A stretch of DNA of 32,000 nt from Candidatus Omnitrophota bacterium. GTDB lineage: Bacteria > Omnitrophota > Gorgyraeia > Zapsychrales > JANLHA01. The stretch spans positions 960,001-992,000 of the forward strand of contig OY759724.1 of the NCBI GenBank assembly GCA_963662715.1. Direction: 5' to 3'. Made by a program: the position numbers and the translations under genes. A model generated the notes under the pieces. It made no database searches. It was not told where the DNA came from and saw nothing but the letters and a program-made list of their open reading frames with translations. This document shows, in pieces, positions 23,407 through 31,143 of this stretch. Position 1 is the first letter of the stretch, and each line of letters starts with the position of its first letter.

Positions 23407-24639
23407 CTATTCTGAATATTTCTCCTTTAACACATAATACGCTTCCCTCGGGTGCAGGATATCCAATCCTCCGGGAACAGGATTCGGCTCCTTGGCCATG
23501 ACCCCGAACCATTCATCATTCATATAACTGTCCGGTCCGGCACGGAAATCCGGACTGTAGCCGTAATCATGCGTCACCGCAGAGACGGACCAGGCTCCGT
23601 CACGTTTCCACCACCCGTCGGCATACTGAAAAGCCACCCCGCCGATAGCCGGCCCGTCATTGACAAAGCTGTAGGACTTGATCGTATCCCAAGATTCTGC
23701 CAGCTCTCTGGCCTGCAGATCCTGGCGTTCCTTGCCCCGTTCAGGATGGTCGCCGCTTAAGACGAACCAGGCATCTGTTCCGAATTCTGTTATCAAAACC
23801 GGCTTTTCAGAACGCCGGGCATACTGTTTAAAGAAATTGTTCCCTTGGGACCCGAAATCACCGTTCCGGTAGACATTGCACCCGTGGATGTCTATCTCCG
23901 GCAAAACAGCATCCGTGGCTATAACACCGATATCTCCCAGATCGGCGGAAACCATCATAATCGGATGAAAAGACCCGCCTTCGATTTTTTTAATCTCCCG
24001 CGCAATATCATTGATGAATTCATAATACGCGGCGGCCTGCTCCTCTCTCCGGCACGTCTTTTCCGCCTCTGGAAACGAACAAAATGCGACTTCGTTTTCA
24101 TTGGCAATACCCCACATTAAAATAGCCGGGTCATCTTTAAACTTCCTCACGTAACTTAAAATATCCACTTTGACCGCCGTCAAATCATCGTGAACATAAT
24201 CCAGATGATGCGGAATCCAGTACCCCGCAATGACCTTGATCCCCAGTTCATTGGCTTTTGCAAGCAGCTGGTGCGTTACTTTCCCCCAGGTCCGGATCGT
24301 GTTGGCATTCATGGTTTTGATCAGAGGCAAATCCCTCTCCAGGACAAGAGGATTTTCGTATTCCTGCTCCCCGAGACATTCGAATTTCGGTTCGCCCTGT
24401 TCTTCGCCCCTGTACCAGCATAAGCCGTACTGGCAAGGGAACGAGCCGATAGGGGTGTTGGAATATCCCATGCCTTTAACCAGATACGGATCATACCGGC
24501 CGTCCTGTTCAAAGTCCGTCAACAGCTGACGTCCGTCAACTTTAACGGATTGATACGCCTGACACGGCTGGCTCAAAAGACATACGGCACAGACCGCCGT
24601 ACCGAAGATTACGAACAACAGCATATACGTGCTTTTCAT
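23407..24639 (-). CDS. Secreted clan GH-A (TIM-barrel) glycoside hydrolase/transglycosylase, short paralog
   Basis: Signal peptide ending QPCQA. Acid/base-type motif ILMWGIANENE and nucleophile-type motif PVLITEFGTDAW. Also NANTIRTWGKV and IDIHGCNVY. Three conserved Cys (CQYGLCWY...FEC). AAAGGAGG SD. Confidence 0.7.
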   Translation of the reverse strand: MKSTYMLLFVIFGTAVCAVCLLSQPCQAYQSVKVDGRQLLTDFEQDGRYDPYLVKGMGYSNTPIGSFPCQYGLCWYRGEEQGEPKFECLGEQEYENPLVLERDLPLIKTMNANTIRTWGKVTHQLLAKANELGIKVIAGYWIPHHLDYVHDDLTAVKVDILSYVRKFKDDPAILMWGIANENEVAFCSFPEAEKTCRREEQAAAYYEFINDIAREIKKIEGGSFHPIMMVSADLGDIGVIATDAVLPEIDIHGCNVYRNGDFGSQGNNFFKQYARRSEKPVLITEFGTDAWFVLSGDHPERGKERQDLQARELAESWDTIKSYSFVNDGPAIGGVAFQYADGWWKRDGAWSVSAVTHDYGYSPDFRAGPDSYMNDEWFGVMAKEPNPVPGGLDILHPREAYYVLKEKYSE

Positions 24640-24700
24640 ACAGACCTCCTTTGCTTTCTCAAGGTCAACGTTTCTTTATGACATCTTTTCCTGTCTTCAG

Positions 24701-24752
24701 ATAAAAAAGGCACCACCTCCTTTGAGATGAGGATTGCAAAGGAGTCAGTGCC
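24701..24752 (-). terminator. Rho-independent terminator closing the gntR-to-peptidase operon
   Basis: On the minus strand: GGCAC-tga-CTCCTTTG-(12-nt loop)-CAAAGGAG-gtg-GTGCC followed by TTTTTTAT. On the + strand the arms are 24709-24713/24748-24752 and 24717-24724/24737-24744. Confidence 0.6.
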
Positions 24753-24762
24753 TTGATATACT
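24734..24762 (+). promoter_or_regulatory. Candidate + strand sigma70 promoter (orphan)
   Basis: TTGCAA (24734-24739), a 17-nt spacer, and an extended -10 TGaTATACT (24754-24762). No + strand CDS lies downstream. Confidence 0.4.
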
Positions 24763-24768
24763 GATACT

Positions 24769-24852
24769 TGCAAACAGTAATGAGGACTGGCTCCCATGCT
24801 ATCCTCAGGTTACTTACGGTGTACGGGTGGCCGCCCGTATGCCGTTTTTTTA
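24769..24852 (+). ncRNA. Candidate small RNA of about 80 nt (promoter-to-terminator unit on the + strand)
   Basis: Predicted start is about 7 nt after the -10. Internal hairpin GAGGA(24782-24786)/TCCTC(24802-24806). Terminal hairpin ACGGTGTACGGG-tggccg-CCCGTATGCCGT (24816-24845, 12 bp including two G-U pairs) followed by a T7 run that exists only on the + strand. Confidence 0.35.
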
Positions 24853-24879
24853 TTCAGAACATATATGTTCGTTTCGCAT

Positions 24880-25896
24880 TTAAAAAAGGTACTCTGTCCT
24901 CGCCTGCATCATCCAGGCGTGCCAGTCTTGTTCCAGCTGCGCCACGCCCCCCGGATAATAATGATCAACGACCCGGTAACTTGGGAAATTGTCATGGCTG
25001 AACCGTCTCAATTCATGAATAACACCGGAAAGCGTCGCCCGCCCTCTGTCCGTTGAGAATAAAAATGTCGTCAACGACCAGGCTATCGTGCTCATCGGCG
25101 CCCCTTCCTGTCCGTTGCGCTGGCGCCACTCACTCTCCGAGAAGTCGAAATAATCTTTCAAAGGCATAAGGGTCCGATCCCTTACCCATTTCTTGATCCG
25201 TCTGTCTTTATGATTCTGCGGGCTGACAATAACGTTCCCGCCCTGATACGTCCCGTATTCAAAGAATTCCGCCAGGCCTTCGTCAATCCAGGGCGGACAG
25301 CGGCGGACCTGTTTGCGCAGGATCGCATGACTGGCCTCATGAAAAAGGATTCTTAACATGGCCCGGTCATTTTTATTTCTCCATAAAACCATTTCCTTAT
25401 TCCGCAGGGAATAAAAGCCCGTGTCCGACCGGGAGGTGGATATCTGAGCCTGATAAGCCTTATACGCGTTGAAATCTCCGAAAAGCCTGGCCTTAAATGT
25501 TCTCTCCCTGTTGAAATCAAGCCCTAAGATCCCTTCATAAACGGCAAACATTTTAGAAATAACATAATCAATTTCCTCTTTCATCGAAGGAGACATGGAA
25601 TAGTTCTCGGTTGAGATTTCAACATCCATTAAGGAAAACGGCAAGGCCGCCTCAGGCGTCCCGCCGGCTTCCCGGTCTTGACCGGAACCGCGCCGGGCTC
25701 CGGAGGACCCCTTTTCCTTTATAAACTTTTTTTGTATGGACAGCGTCCGCCCGTCAGACCGGATTTTAATCATTCTATCCGTCTGGGAAACAATGTCTCC
25801 TTCAATGACTTTTCCGGACTTTAATTGAATGGTCTCGGCCCCCGCCGGGCCCGGGCACAAACAGCAAAAGATAAATATCACGGTCAAAATCATCAT
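24880..25896 (-). CDS. Secreted HExxH metallopeptidase-like protein (DUF1570 / MA-clan-like)
   Basis: Signal peptide MMILTVIFIFCCLCPGPAGA. LFHEASHAIL zinc motif with a downstream WIDEGLAEFFE (candidate third ligand). The track start is 25908. I prefer the ATG at 25896, which follows GGAG and overlaps the upstream stop as ATGA. Confidence 0.6.
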   Translation of the reverse strand: MMILTVIFIFCCLCPGPAGAETIQLKSGKVIEGDIVSQTDRMIKIRSDGRTLSIQKKFIKEKGSSGARRGSGQDREAGGTPEAALPFSLMDVEISTENYSMSPSMKEEIDYVISKMFAVYEGILGLDFNRERTFKARLFGDFNAYKAYQAQISTSRSDTGFYSLRNKEMVLWRNKNDRAMLRILFHEASHAILRKQVRRCPPWIDEGLAEFFEYGTYQGGNVIVSPQNHKDRRIKKWVRDRTLMPLKDYFDFSESEWRQRNGQEGAPMSTIAWSLTTFLFSTDRGRATLSGVIHELRRFSHDNFPSYRVVDHYYPGGVAQLEQDWHAWMMQARTEYLF

Positions 25897-27875
25897 TTCG
25901 TGCTCCATCCTGTGTTCTTCCGGTCAGAATCCGCCGGAACAATTTCAAAAAGAACATTGGAATACGCCATATCTCCCCGGCCGTCACGCACAAGGACAAC
26001 CACATTTTGGAGGGTCGTTTCCCGGACTTCCGGCGGGATATACATCACCTTCGGGCCCTCCCCCTCAATAGATCCGGCACTGACGATCCACGTATAGGTT
26101 AACGGATCATTATCCTGATCCTCGGCTTTCACCTCGATCATGCCCTTTTTATTCGCCGGTAACGGATGCGGCCTGATCAAGGGCGCCTGCTTGATCAGCG
26201 GGGCATGATTGCCCTTATCCTTTTGCGGCACAAAATTGACATCCACCTGCCCGTACATTTGATGCGCGACCACGGTCACCGGACGTGACCGGCCGTACGA
26301 AAAGGTCGATCCCTCTATGCGGACATCCCCGCAGGTCCGGGGGAATGCAGCGATATCGTAAGCATGACTCCCTCCGGTCCCGTCAATGTATACGGCAACG
26401 GTATACGTCTCATCCGCTTTAACGGCGACAGGTGTCACGTCCGCGTAAATCCATTCATTTTTCGAATCAACTTCGGCCTGGGCCAAAAGATTGCCGGTAT
26501 TTTTATTCCATAACCGTACGGTTTTAGCTCCTTCAAACAATCCTCCCAACTGCGTAACCCGGCCGTCCTGCAAAGGCGTGAAGTGGTAGCCGGCAGTATA
26601 ATTCCATGCCACCCCGTATCTGATCTTATTGTTTCCGGCCCCCTGCCAGGGACGCTGAGGCGGATGGCCGGTAAATTTATGCTGCATGACGGTATAGGCT
26701 AACCGGGGAACGACTTTATCAAGCCCGGCCCCTTTCTCCGGAGGCTGAAGAGCCGTCAGCCCGAACCACTCCGGGTTCGTAAATCCGTCCGGGCCGGTAT
26801 AGAATCCCACGGTATAATTGGTATCATGTTCAGCGGCCGTTGCCGACCATTCCCCCTTATACTGCCACCAGCTGTCTGTGAAAGGGGAAACAATCCCCCC
26901 GATAGCCGGTCCGCCGTAACCGCCCGTATTCTTTAACAAAGTGTCCCATTCCTCGGCGATAAATGACGCCTGCAGGTCCTGCCGCTCCACACCCTTGTGA
27001 GGTTTCTGACCGTCTAAAACAAACCAGGCGTCCGAGCCGAACTCGGAGATCAAAAGCGGCTTGGATGAACGGTTGCCGTATAATTCGAAAAAATTACTGA
27101 AATTGGGCCCCCGGTAAACATTGCAGCCGTGAATATCGATATAATTCAATTTTTCATCAGAAGCGATCTGTCCGATATCCCCCAAATCGGAAGATATCAT
27201 CATCACCGGATGATGGGATTCCCCCTCGATCATCTTGACCTGACGGGCCAGATGGTTGATGAAAGCATAATAGGCTTTAGCCTGTTCCACGCGGTCGCAC
27301 TTGTGCCCTCCCTGGAAATGACAGAGATCCGTTTCATTCTGATAGCCAATGACCCACATGAGCAGCGCCGGATGGTCTTTATAATCCTGAACATACTGCA
27401 GAAAATCCTTTTCAACGCCTTTCAAATCGTCTTTGACAAAATCAATGTTATGCTCAAGCCAGTAGCCGGCGATGACCTTAAGCCCGAAATCCTGCGCTTT
27501 ATCCATGAGCTGCGGGGTGACTTTCCCCCAGGTACGGACCGTATTGGCATTCATCGCTTTGATATACGGGAAGTCCCGGTCCAGGATGGCCGTGTCTTCG
27601 TATTCTTTAATTCCCGGACATTCAAACTGCGGTTTTTCCCCCTCCATGCCTGTATACCGGCAGATCCCGTATTCGCTGGGGAAAGCCCCGGTAGGGATAG
27701 CGTTATACCCCACGCCCTTGACCAAGAAAGGAGTGTATGTCCCGTCCTGATCAAAATCCGTCATAAGCTGCTGCCCCTGGACTTTAACGGTCTGATAAGC
27801 CTGGGATAGACCGGAACACATCAGGATGCCCAAAGTGCAGACAACAGATACCGTCCGTCTGATGCTGTGGCTCAT
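25893..27875 (-). CDS. Secreted clan GH-A glycoside hydrolase/transglycosylase, long paralog with DUF4082-like and Ig-like C-terminal domains
   Basis: The catalytic half is paralogous to 23407-24639 (LLMWVIGYQNE, PLLISEFGSDAW, NANTVRTWGKV). The C-terminus has a DUF4082-like segment (YGVAWNYTAGYHFTPLQDGRVTQLGGLFEGAKTVRLWNKNTGNLLAQAEV...YTVAVY) and an Ig-like segment (EDQDNDPLTYTWIV). I prefer the start at ATG 27875, 5 nt after GAGGAG; the track gives 27890. Confidence 0.7.
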   Translation of the reverse strand: MSHSIRRTVSVVCTLGILMCSGLSQAYQTVKVQGQQLMTDFDQDGTYTPFLVKGVGYNAIPTGAFPSEYGICRYTGMEGEKPQFECPGIKEYEDTAILDRDFPYIKAMNANTVRTWGKVTPQLMDKAQDFGLKVIAGYWLEHNIDFVKDDLKGVEKDFLQYVQDYKDHPALLMWVIGYQNETDLCHFQGGHKCDRVEQAKAYYAFINHLARQVKMIEGESHHPVMMISSDLGDIGQIASDEKLNYIDIHGCNVYRGPNFSNFFELYGNRSSKPLLISEFGSDAWFVLDGQKPHKGVERQDLQASFIAEEWDTLLKNTGGYGGPAIGGIVSPFTDSWWQYKGEWSATAAEHDTNYTVGFYTGPDGFTNPEWFGLTALQPPEKGAGLDKVVPRLAYTVMQHKFTGHPPQRPWQGAGNNKIRYGVAWNYTAGYHFTPLQDGRVTQLGGLFEGAKTVRLWNKNTGNLLAQAEVDSKNEWIYADVTPVAVKADETYTVAVYIDGTGGSHAYDIAAFPRTCGDVRIEGSTFSYGRSRPVTVVAHQMYGQVDVNFVPQKDKGNHAPLIKQAPLIRPHPLPANKKGMIEVKAEDQDNDPLTYTWIVSAGSIEGEGPKVMYIPPEVRETTLQNVVVLVRDGRGDMAYSNVLFEIVPADSDRKNTGWSTK

Positions 27876-27923
27876 ATTTTCTCCTCTCATATATTTCAGG
27901 AAGAAGGATCTTTTTCCCTGAGG

Positions 27924-29627
27924 TTATTTCTTTCGCCCGTGAAATTCCGGCAAATAAAATCCTGAAAATTCCATATCACGCCGGAAGGCGCCTGCCTGCA
28001 CGGCGTCCAGGCGGATCAGTTCCGCCTCTTTTAACCATGAGGCATTCAATTTCACATAAGAGTTCCCTCCGGCATCTACGGGTTTAAAATCATAACGCTT
28101 GACCTTAAAGACAAGCCGGCCGTGCGATACCGGCCAGCCGGCATCAATTCTGGAGGCCGTATGCTCGCGCATGTCCAGGAGGAAAGCCTGTCTTTTCCGG
28201 GGATGGCTTAAGACATACGTTTGTGTGAAATCCGTATAAGAGTCTTCCCGGTCGAAGGGGGTTCCGGCCCTGCCGGACTTGGGAGCAAAAGCCATATTCG
28301 CCGTCTTCTCGCCGACAATGACTGTGACCCCGGACGGTTTCTCTATAATATCCAGAATCATGACGTCGGTCTTGCCGCTTCTGGCGCTCCCCCCTCTCTT
28401 TAAAGGCATTTTCAGGCTTAAACGGTATTGATAAACATCAAAGGTCCCCCGCGCCCGGTATGTCCCGCTGAGATTCTTATACTGCTCATAATCTGTTTCG
28501 GCTAAACGGAACATTTCATAACTGTTTTCCTGCTGCTCATAGGGATTCATAACGATATAATCTTTTAACGCATACTGAATCGGGCTCTGCAGGTCCCGGC
28601 TGGCGATCGACACCCGCGGATGATTAAAGAACATCGTCGATTCCAGCCGAACATCCTGCCCGTACACAATATGCGCCTGGGCGGCATCCCGCAGGACGGC
28701 GAACTGCCCGAGGGGCAAACCCTGAACATTGATGTTGATGTTCACAATCCTTTCTCTGGACAGACGGTTGTTATACTTCATATCCTCGGAAACAGAGACC
28801 CGGCTCTTTTCGACCCTAATGTTTGAAGGGCTTTCCCCGGGGATTTCTGAAGGAACCTTCCGGCCCGGGAAAGAATGTACGGCAACGGTCATCATCACAA
28901 GCCCCGCAAAAAGGCCCAGCACAGTCCTTTTTGTCCGGCGCGTTAAGTATTGATGAAGGATAAGGATGATGCCGGCGGCGACAACCGAAATGTTCTGCGT
29001 GAGACCGGCTTGAGACAATGAAGGGAACAGGGAACGCCCCCAGACGAAATCCGGACGGCTTCCGGGGAAAAACATGCCGACCAGCAGGCCGGACAAAAAA
29101 GGCCAGGCAATAAACAGAGATAATAACAAAAGGATCGTCAGTAAAATAAATTTATGAAACCGCTCGGTCAAACAGGCTGCAAGAAAAACGGGAACGATAA
29201 GCAGACTCTTTTCCAGAAGGATTTCGGGAACAGCCAGCCACAACAAACGGGCAGGAATTCTGCTGACCGCCAGAACCACAAGCTCAACGGACAGAGGAAT
29301 GCCGGCAAAAAAACCGAAGACAAGCATGGCTTTGGCAAAAAATAAAGACAGACGGGACACCGGACGCGTCATCCAGAAAGCGGTCGTGCCTACTGTCGGG
29401 TCGGCCTGAACGATCCTGGGGATATAGATAAACATCAAAAGCCCCTGCAGAAAGCACATCCCCTCCAATAGAAGCGGCAAATAGATGCGGTAGGTGATAT
29501 GCTGCTTTAGAAGCGTAACACCGAGCAGAGTCAGGCCCTGCACCAGACAGACAACGAGAACCCAGGACAAGATGAAAAAGCGGAAACGTTTTAAATCTTT
29601 TTTAAAGACGAGAAAAGGATGGGCCAT
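27924..29627 (-). CDS. ABC-2-type transporter permease fused to a C-terminal non-membrane domain of about 310 aa and unknown fold
   Basis: About 7 hydrophobic helices in residues 1-255, then a hydrophilic beta-rich region with no motif I recognise. AGGAG SD. The gene sits 9 nt downstream of the ATPase gene. Confidence 0.6.
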   Translation of the reverse strand: MAHPFLVFKKDLKRFRFFILSWVLVVCLVQGLTLLGVTLLKQHITYRIYLPLLLEGMCFLQGLLMFIYIPRIVQADPTVGTTAFWMTRPVSRLSLFFAKAMLVFGFFAGIPLSVELVVLAVSRIPARLLWLAVPEILLEKSLLIVPVFLAACLTERFHKFILLTILLLLSLFIAWPFLSGLLVGMFFPGSRPDFVWGRSLFPSLSQAGLTQNISVVAAGIILILHQYLTRRTKRTVLGLFAGLVMMTVAVHSFPGRKVPSEIPGESPSNIRVEKSRVSVSEDMKYNNRLSRERIVNININVQGLPLGQFAVLRDAAQAHIVYGQDVRLESTMFFNHPRVSIASRDLQSPIQYALKDYIVMNPYEQQENSYEMFRLAETDYEQYKNLSGTYRARGTFDVYQYRLSLKMPLKRGGSARSGKTDVMILDIIEKPSGVTVIVGEKTANMAFAPKSGRAGTPFDREDSYTDFTQTYVLSHPRKRQAFLLDMREHTASRIDAGWPVSHGRLVFKVKRYDFKPVDAGGNSYVKLNASWLKEAELIRLDAVQAGAFRRDMEFSGFYLPEFHGRKK

Positions 29628-29636
29628 AAGAATCTC

Positions 29637-30545
29637 CTAAATATTTAACATCTTCAATTGCCTGGCTTGTATAAGAAAAATCTCCTTCAGCGACATTCCC
29701 TGAACATCGATGTGGGAGACAGACATCAGCTGTTTTCTGTACTGTTTCAGACTTTGCTTTTCCTCAAAAGCCGTATCCACGAAGCAGATAAAACGTCCCT
29801 CCCGCTGCGGGAGAAGCCATTCATCCGGATAATAGACATCTCCGCTCGGGTCTTGTTTTAACGTGACTGTTACGCGCTTGAAACGCTGCTGTAGAGATTC
29901 GGTCGTTTCGCTGAGCTTTAACTCTCCCTGATGAAGGAAACCGACCCAGTCGGCCAAACGCTCCACTTCCTCTATATCATGAGAGGAGATAAAAATGGTC
30001 CAGTCATCAGCCGCGGTCAGCTCCATGATCCCGTCCATAAGATCCTTGCGCGCGACCGGGTCCAGCCCGCTGAAAGGCTCATCAAGGATCAGTAATTTCG
30101 GCCGGTAGGCTAGGGAGGCAATCAGGGCCGCTTTCATTTTCATGCCCCGGGAAAGCGTGTCTATCCGGCCTTGCCGGGGAAGGTCAAATTGTTTCACCAG
30201 CCCCTGACAAAAAGCATGATCCCATTGCGGATACATCGACGAACAATAATTCATGAGTTCATCAACCGTCATGTCCTCCGGCAAAGCCTGATTTTCCGAC
30301 ACATAGCCGATCTGCCGGAATTCTTTGGGGCCGAGAGACCTGGAATCAAGGTCCCAAATGCGCGCCTGGCCTTTCGTCGGCGGCAGGATATTGACAAGGG
30401 TTTTAATGGTTGTGGTTTTTCCGGCGCCGTTGGGCCCCAGGTAAGCATAAATACTGCCGGCCGGGACTTTTAAGTTGAGTTGATTTAAAGCCACTGTCCT
30501 TCCGAACTTTTTTGTTAAATCCCTGGTTTCAATGACGTATTTCAT
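29637..30545 (-). CDS. ABC transporter ATP-binding protein
   Basis: Walker A GPNGAGKTTT, signature LSRGMKMK, Walker B LLILDEPFSGLD and H-loop SSHD. I prefer the start at ATG 30545 (MKYVIETRDL...), which overlaps the gntR stop as ATGA; the track gives 30581. Confidence 0.9.
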   Translation of the reverse strand: MKYVIETRDLTKKFGRTVALNQLNLKVPAGSIYAYLGPNGAGKTTTIKTLVNILPPTKGQARIWDLDSRSLGPKEFRQIGYVSENQALPEDMTVDELMNYCSSMYPQWDHAFCQGLVKQFDLPRQGRIDTLSRGMKMKAALIASLAYRPKLLILDEPFSGLDPVARKDLMDGIMELTAADDWTIFISSHDIEEVERLADWVGFLHQGELKLSETTESLQQRFKRVTVTLKQDPSGDVYYPDEWLLPQREGRFICFVDTAFEEKQSLKQYRKQLMSVSHIDVQGMSLKEIFLIQARQLKMLNI

Positions 30546-30943
30546 TTGTTTTCTTTCTTTTGATGGATATTCCATTGCCACTGGACCGCCTCCAGCAATT
30601 CTTTTTTGGATATTGAAAGACGTTTCGCTTCAATGACCAGACGTTCCACCTCATTGTGCAGCACCTCTTTGCGCTGTTCCTGATTGGCCAGGCTTAATTC
30701 CGAGACAACACTGCCGATGCCTGGTTTAATCTGCAGAAGCCGTTCGTTGACCAGATGCGTTACGACTTTCTGGGCCGTATTGGGATTGATACGCAGTTCC
30801 CGGCTCATTTCCCGTACAGAAGGGAACCGGTCCCCGGCTCTCAAACGTCCGGAGACGATGGATTTCTTTACGGCATAAATAACCTGTTCATAAATCGGAA
30901 CACCGGCTTTGAATGTTACGTTAAAATTAATCATCGGGCCCAA
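30542..30943 (-). CDS. GntR-family transcriptional regulator, YtrA-like subfamily
   Basis: Winged-helix domain VPIYEQVIYAVKKSIVSGRLRAGDRFPSVREMSRELRINPNTAQKVVTHLVNERLLQIKPGIGSVV with a short helical C-terminus. It is 133 aa and is followed by ABC genes, as in ytrA-type operons. Confidence 0.85.
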   Translation of the reverse strand: MGPMINFNVTFKAGVPIYEQVIYAVKKSIVSGRLRAGDRFPSVREMSRELRINPNTAQKVVTHLVNERLLQIKPGIGSVVSELSLANQEQRKEVLHNEVERLVIEAKRLSISKKELLEAVQWQWNIHQKKENK

Positions 30944-30979
30944 ATCTATTTAAATGTTCATCGGCTTAGTGATCTAACT

Positions 30980-31010
30980 GTATTATGCTACATAGTACAC
31001 CAAATGTCAA
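30980..31010 (-). promoter_or_regulatory. Candidate promoter and operator of the gntR-ABC operon
   Basis: On the minus strand: TTGACA (31005-31010), an 18-nt spacer, ATAATA (30981-30986). The imperfect inverted repeat GTACTATG-TAG-CATAATAC (30980-30998) overlaps the -10. Confidence 0.4.
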
Positions 31011-31061
31011 GGGCAAAGACTCTCTTTTTTTGATCGTGGGGAAAAAATGCCGGGAATATCA

Positions 31062-31111
31062 CAAAAAACAGGCTTTTCCGGGGGGATTGACCTGCCGGTT
31101 CCCCGGAAAAG
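31062..31111 (-). terminator. Rho-independent terminator of leuS
   Basis: On the minus strand: CTTTTCCGGGG (11 bp), a 17-nt loop, CCCCGGAAAAG, then CCTGTTTTTTGTG. It starts about 33 nt after the leuS stop. Confidence 0.6.
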
Positions 31112-31143
31112 GGAAGAGAAGAAGAGCTGCGGGGGAGAAAACC

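Noticed and set aside
24230-24529. The antisense ORFs 24230-24529 and 27472-27750 encode mutually similar peptides (MTLIPSS... and MTLSPKS...)
   Set aside because: The similarity is a by-product of the nucleotide similarity between the two GH paralogs on the opposite strand. Those frames lack an RBS and motifs, whereas the sense frames carry catalytic motifs and signal peptides.
24857-24870. Reading GAACATATATGTTC as a LexA (Cheo-type) SOS box
   Set aside because: The Cheo box has a 4-nt spacer (GAAC-N4-GTTC) and this site has 6 nt. The neighbouring genes are not SOS genes. I kept it only as a generic operator candidate.
27129-27809. 226-aa + strand ORF
   Set aside because: It lies entirely antisense to the long GH gene, whose own frame has a signal peptide, catalytic motifs and a paralog. 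It is a shadow ORF.
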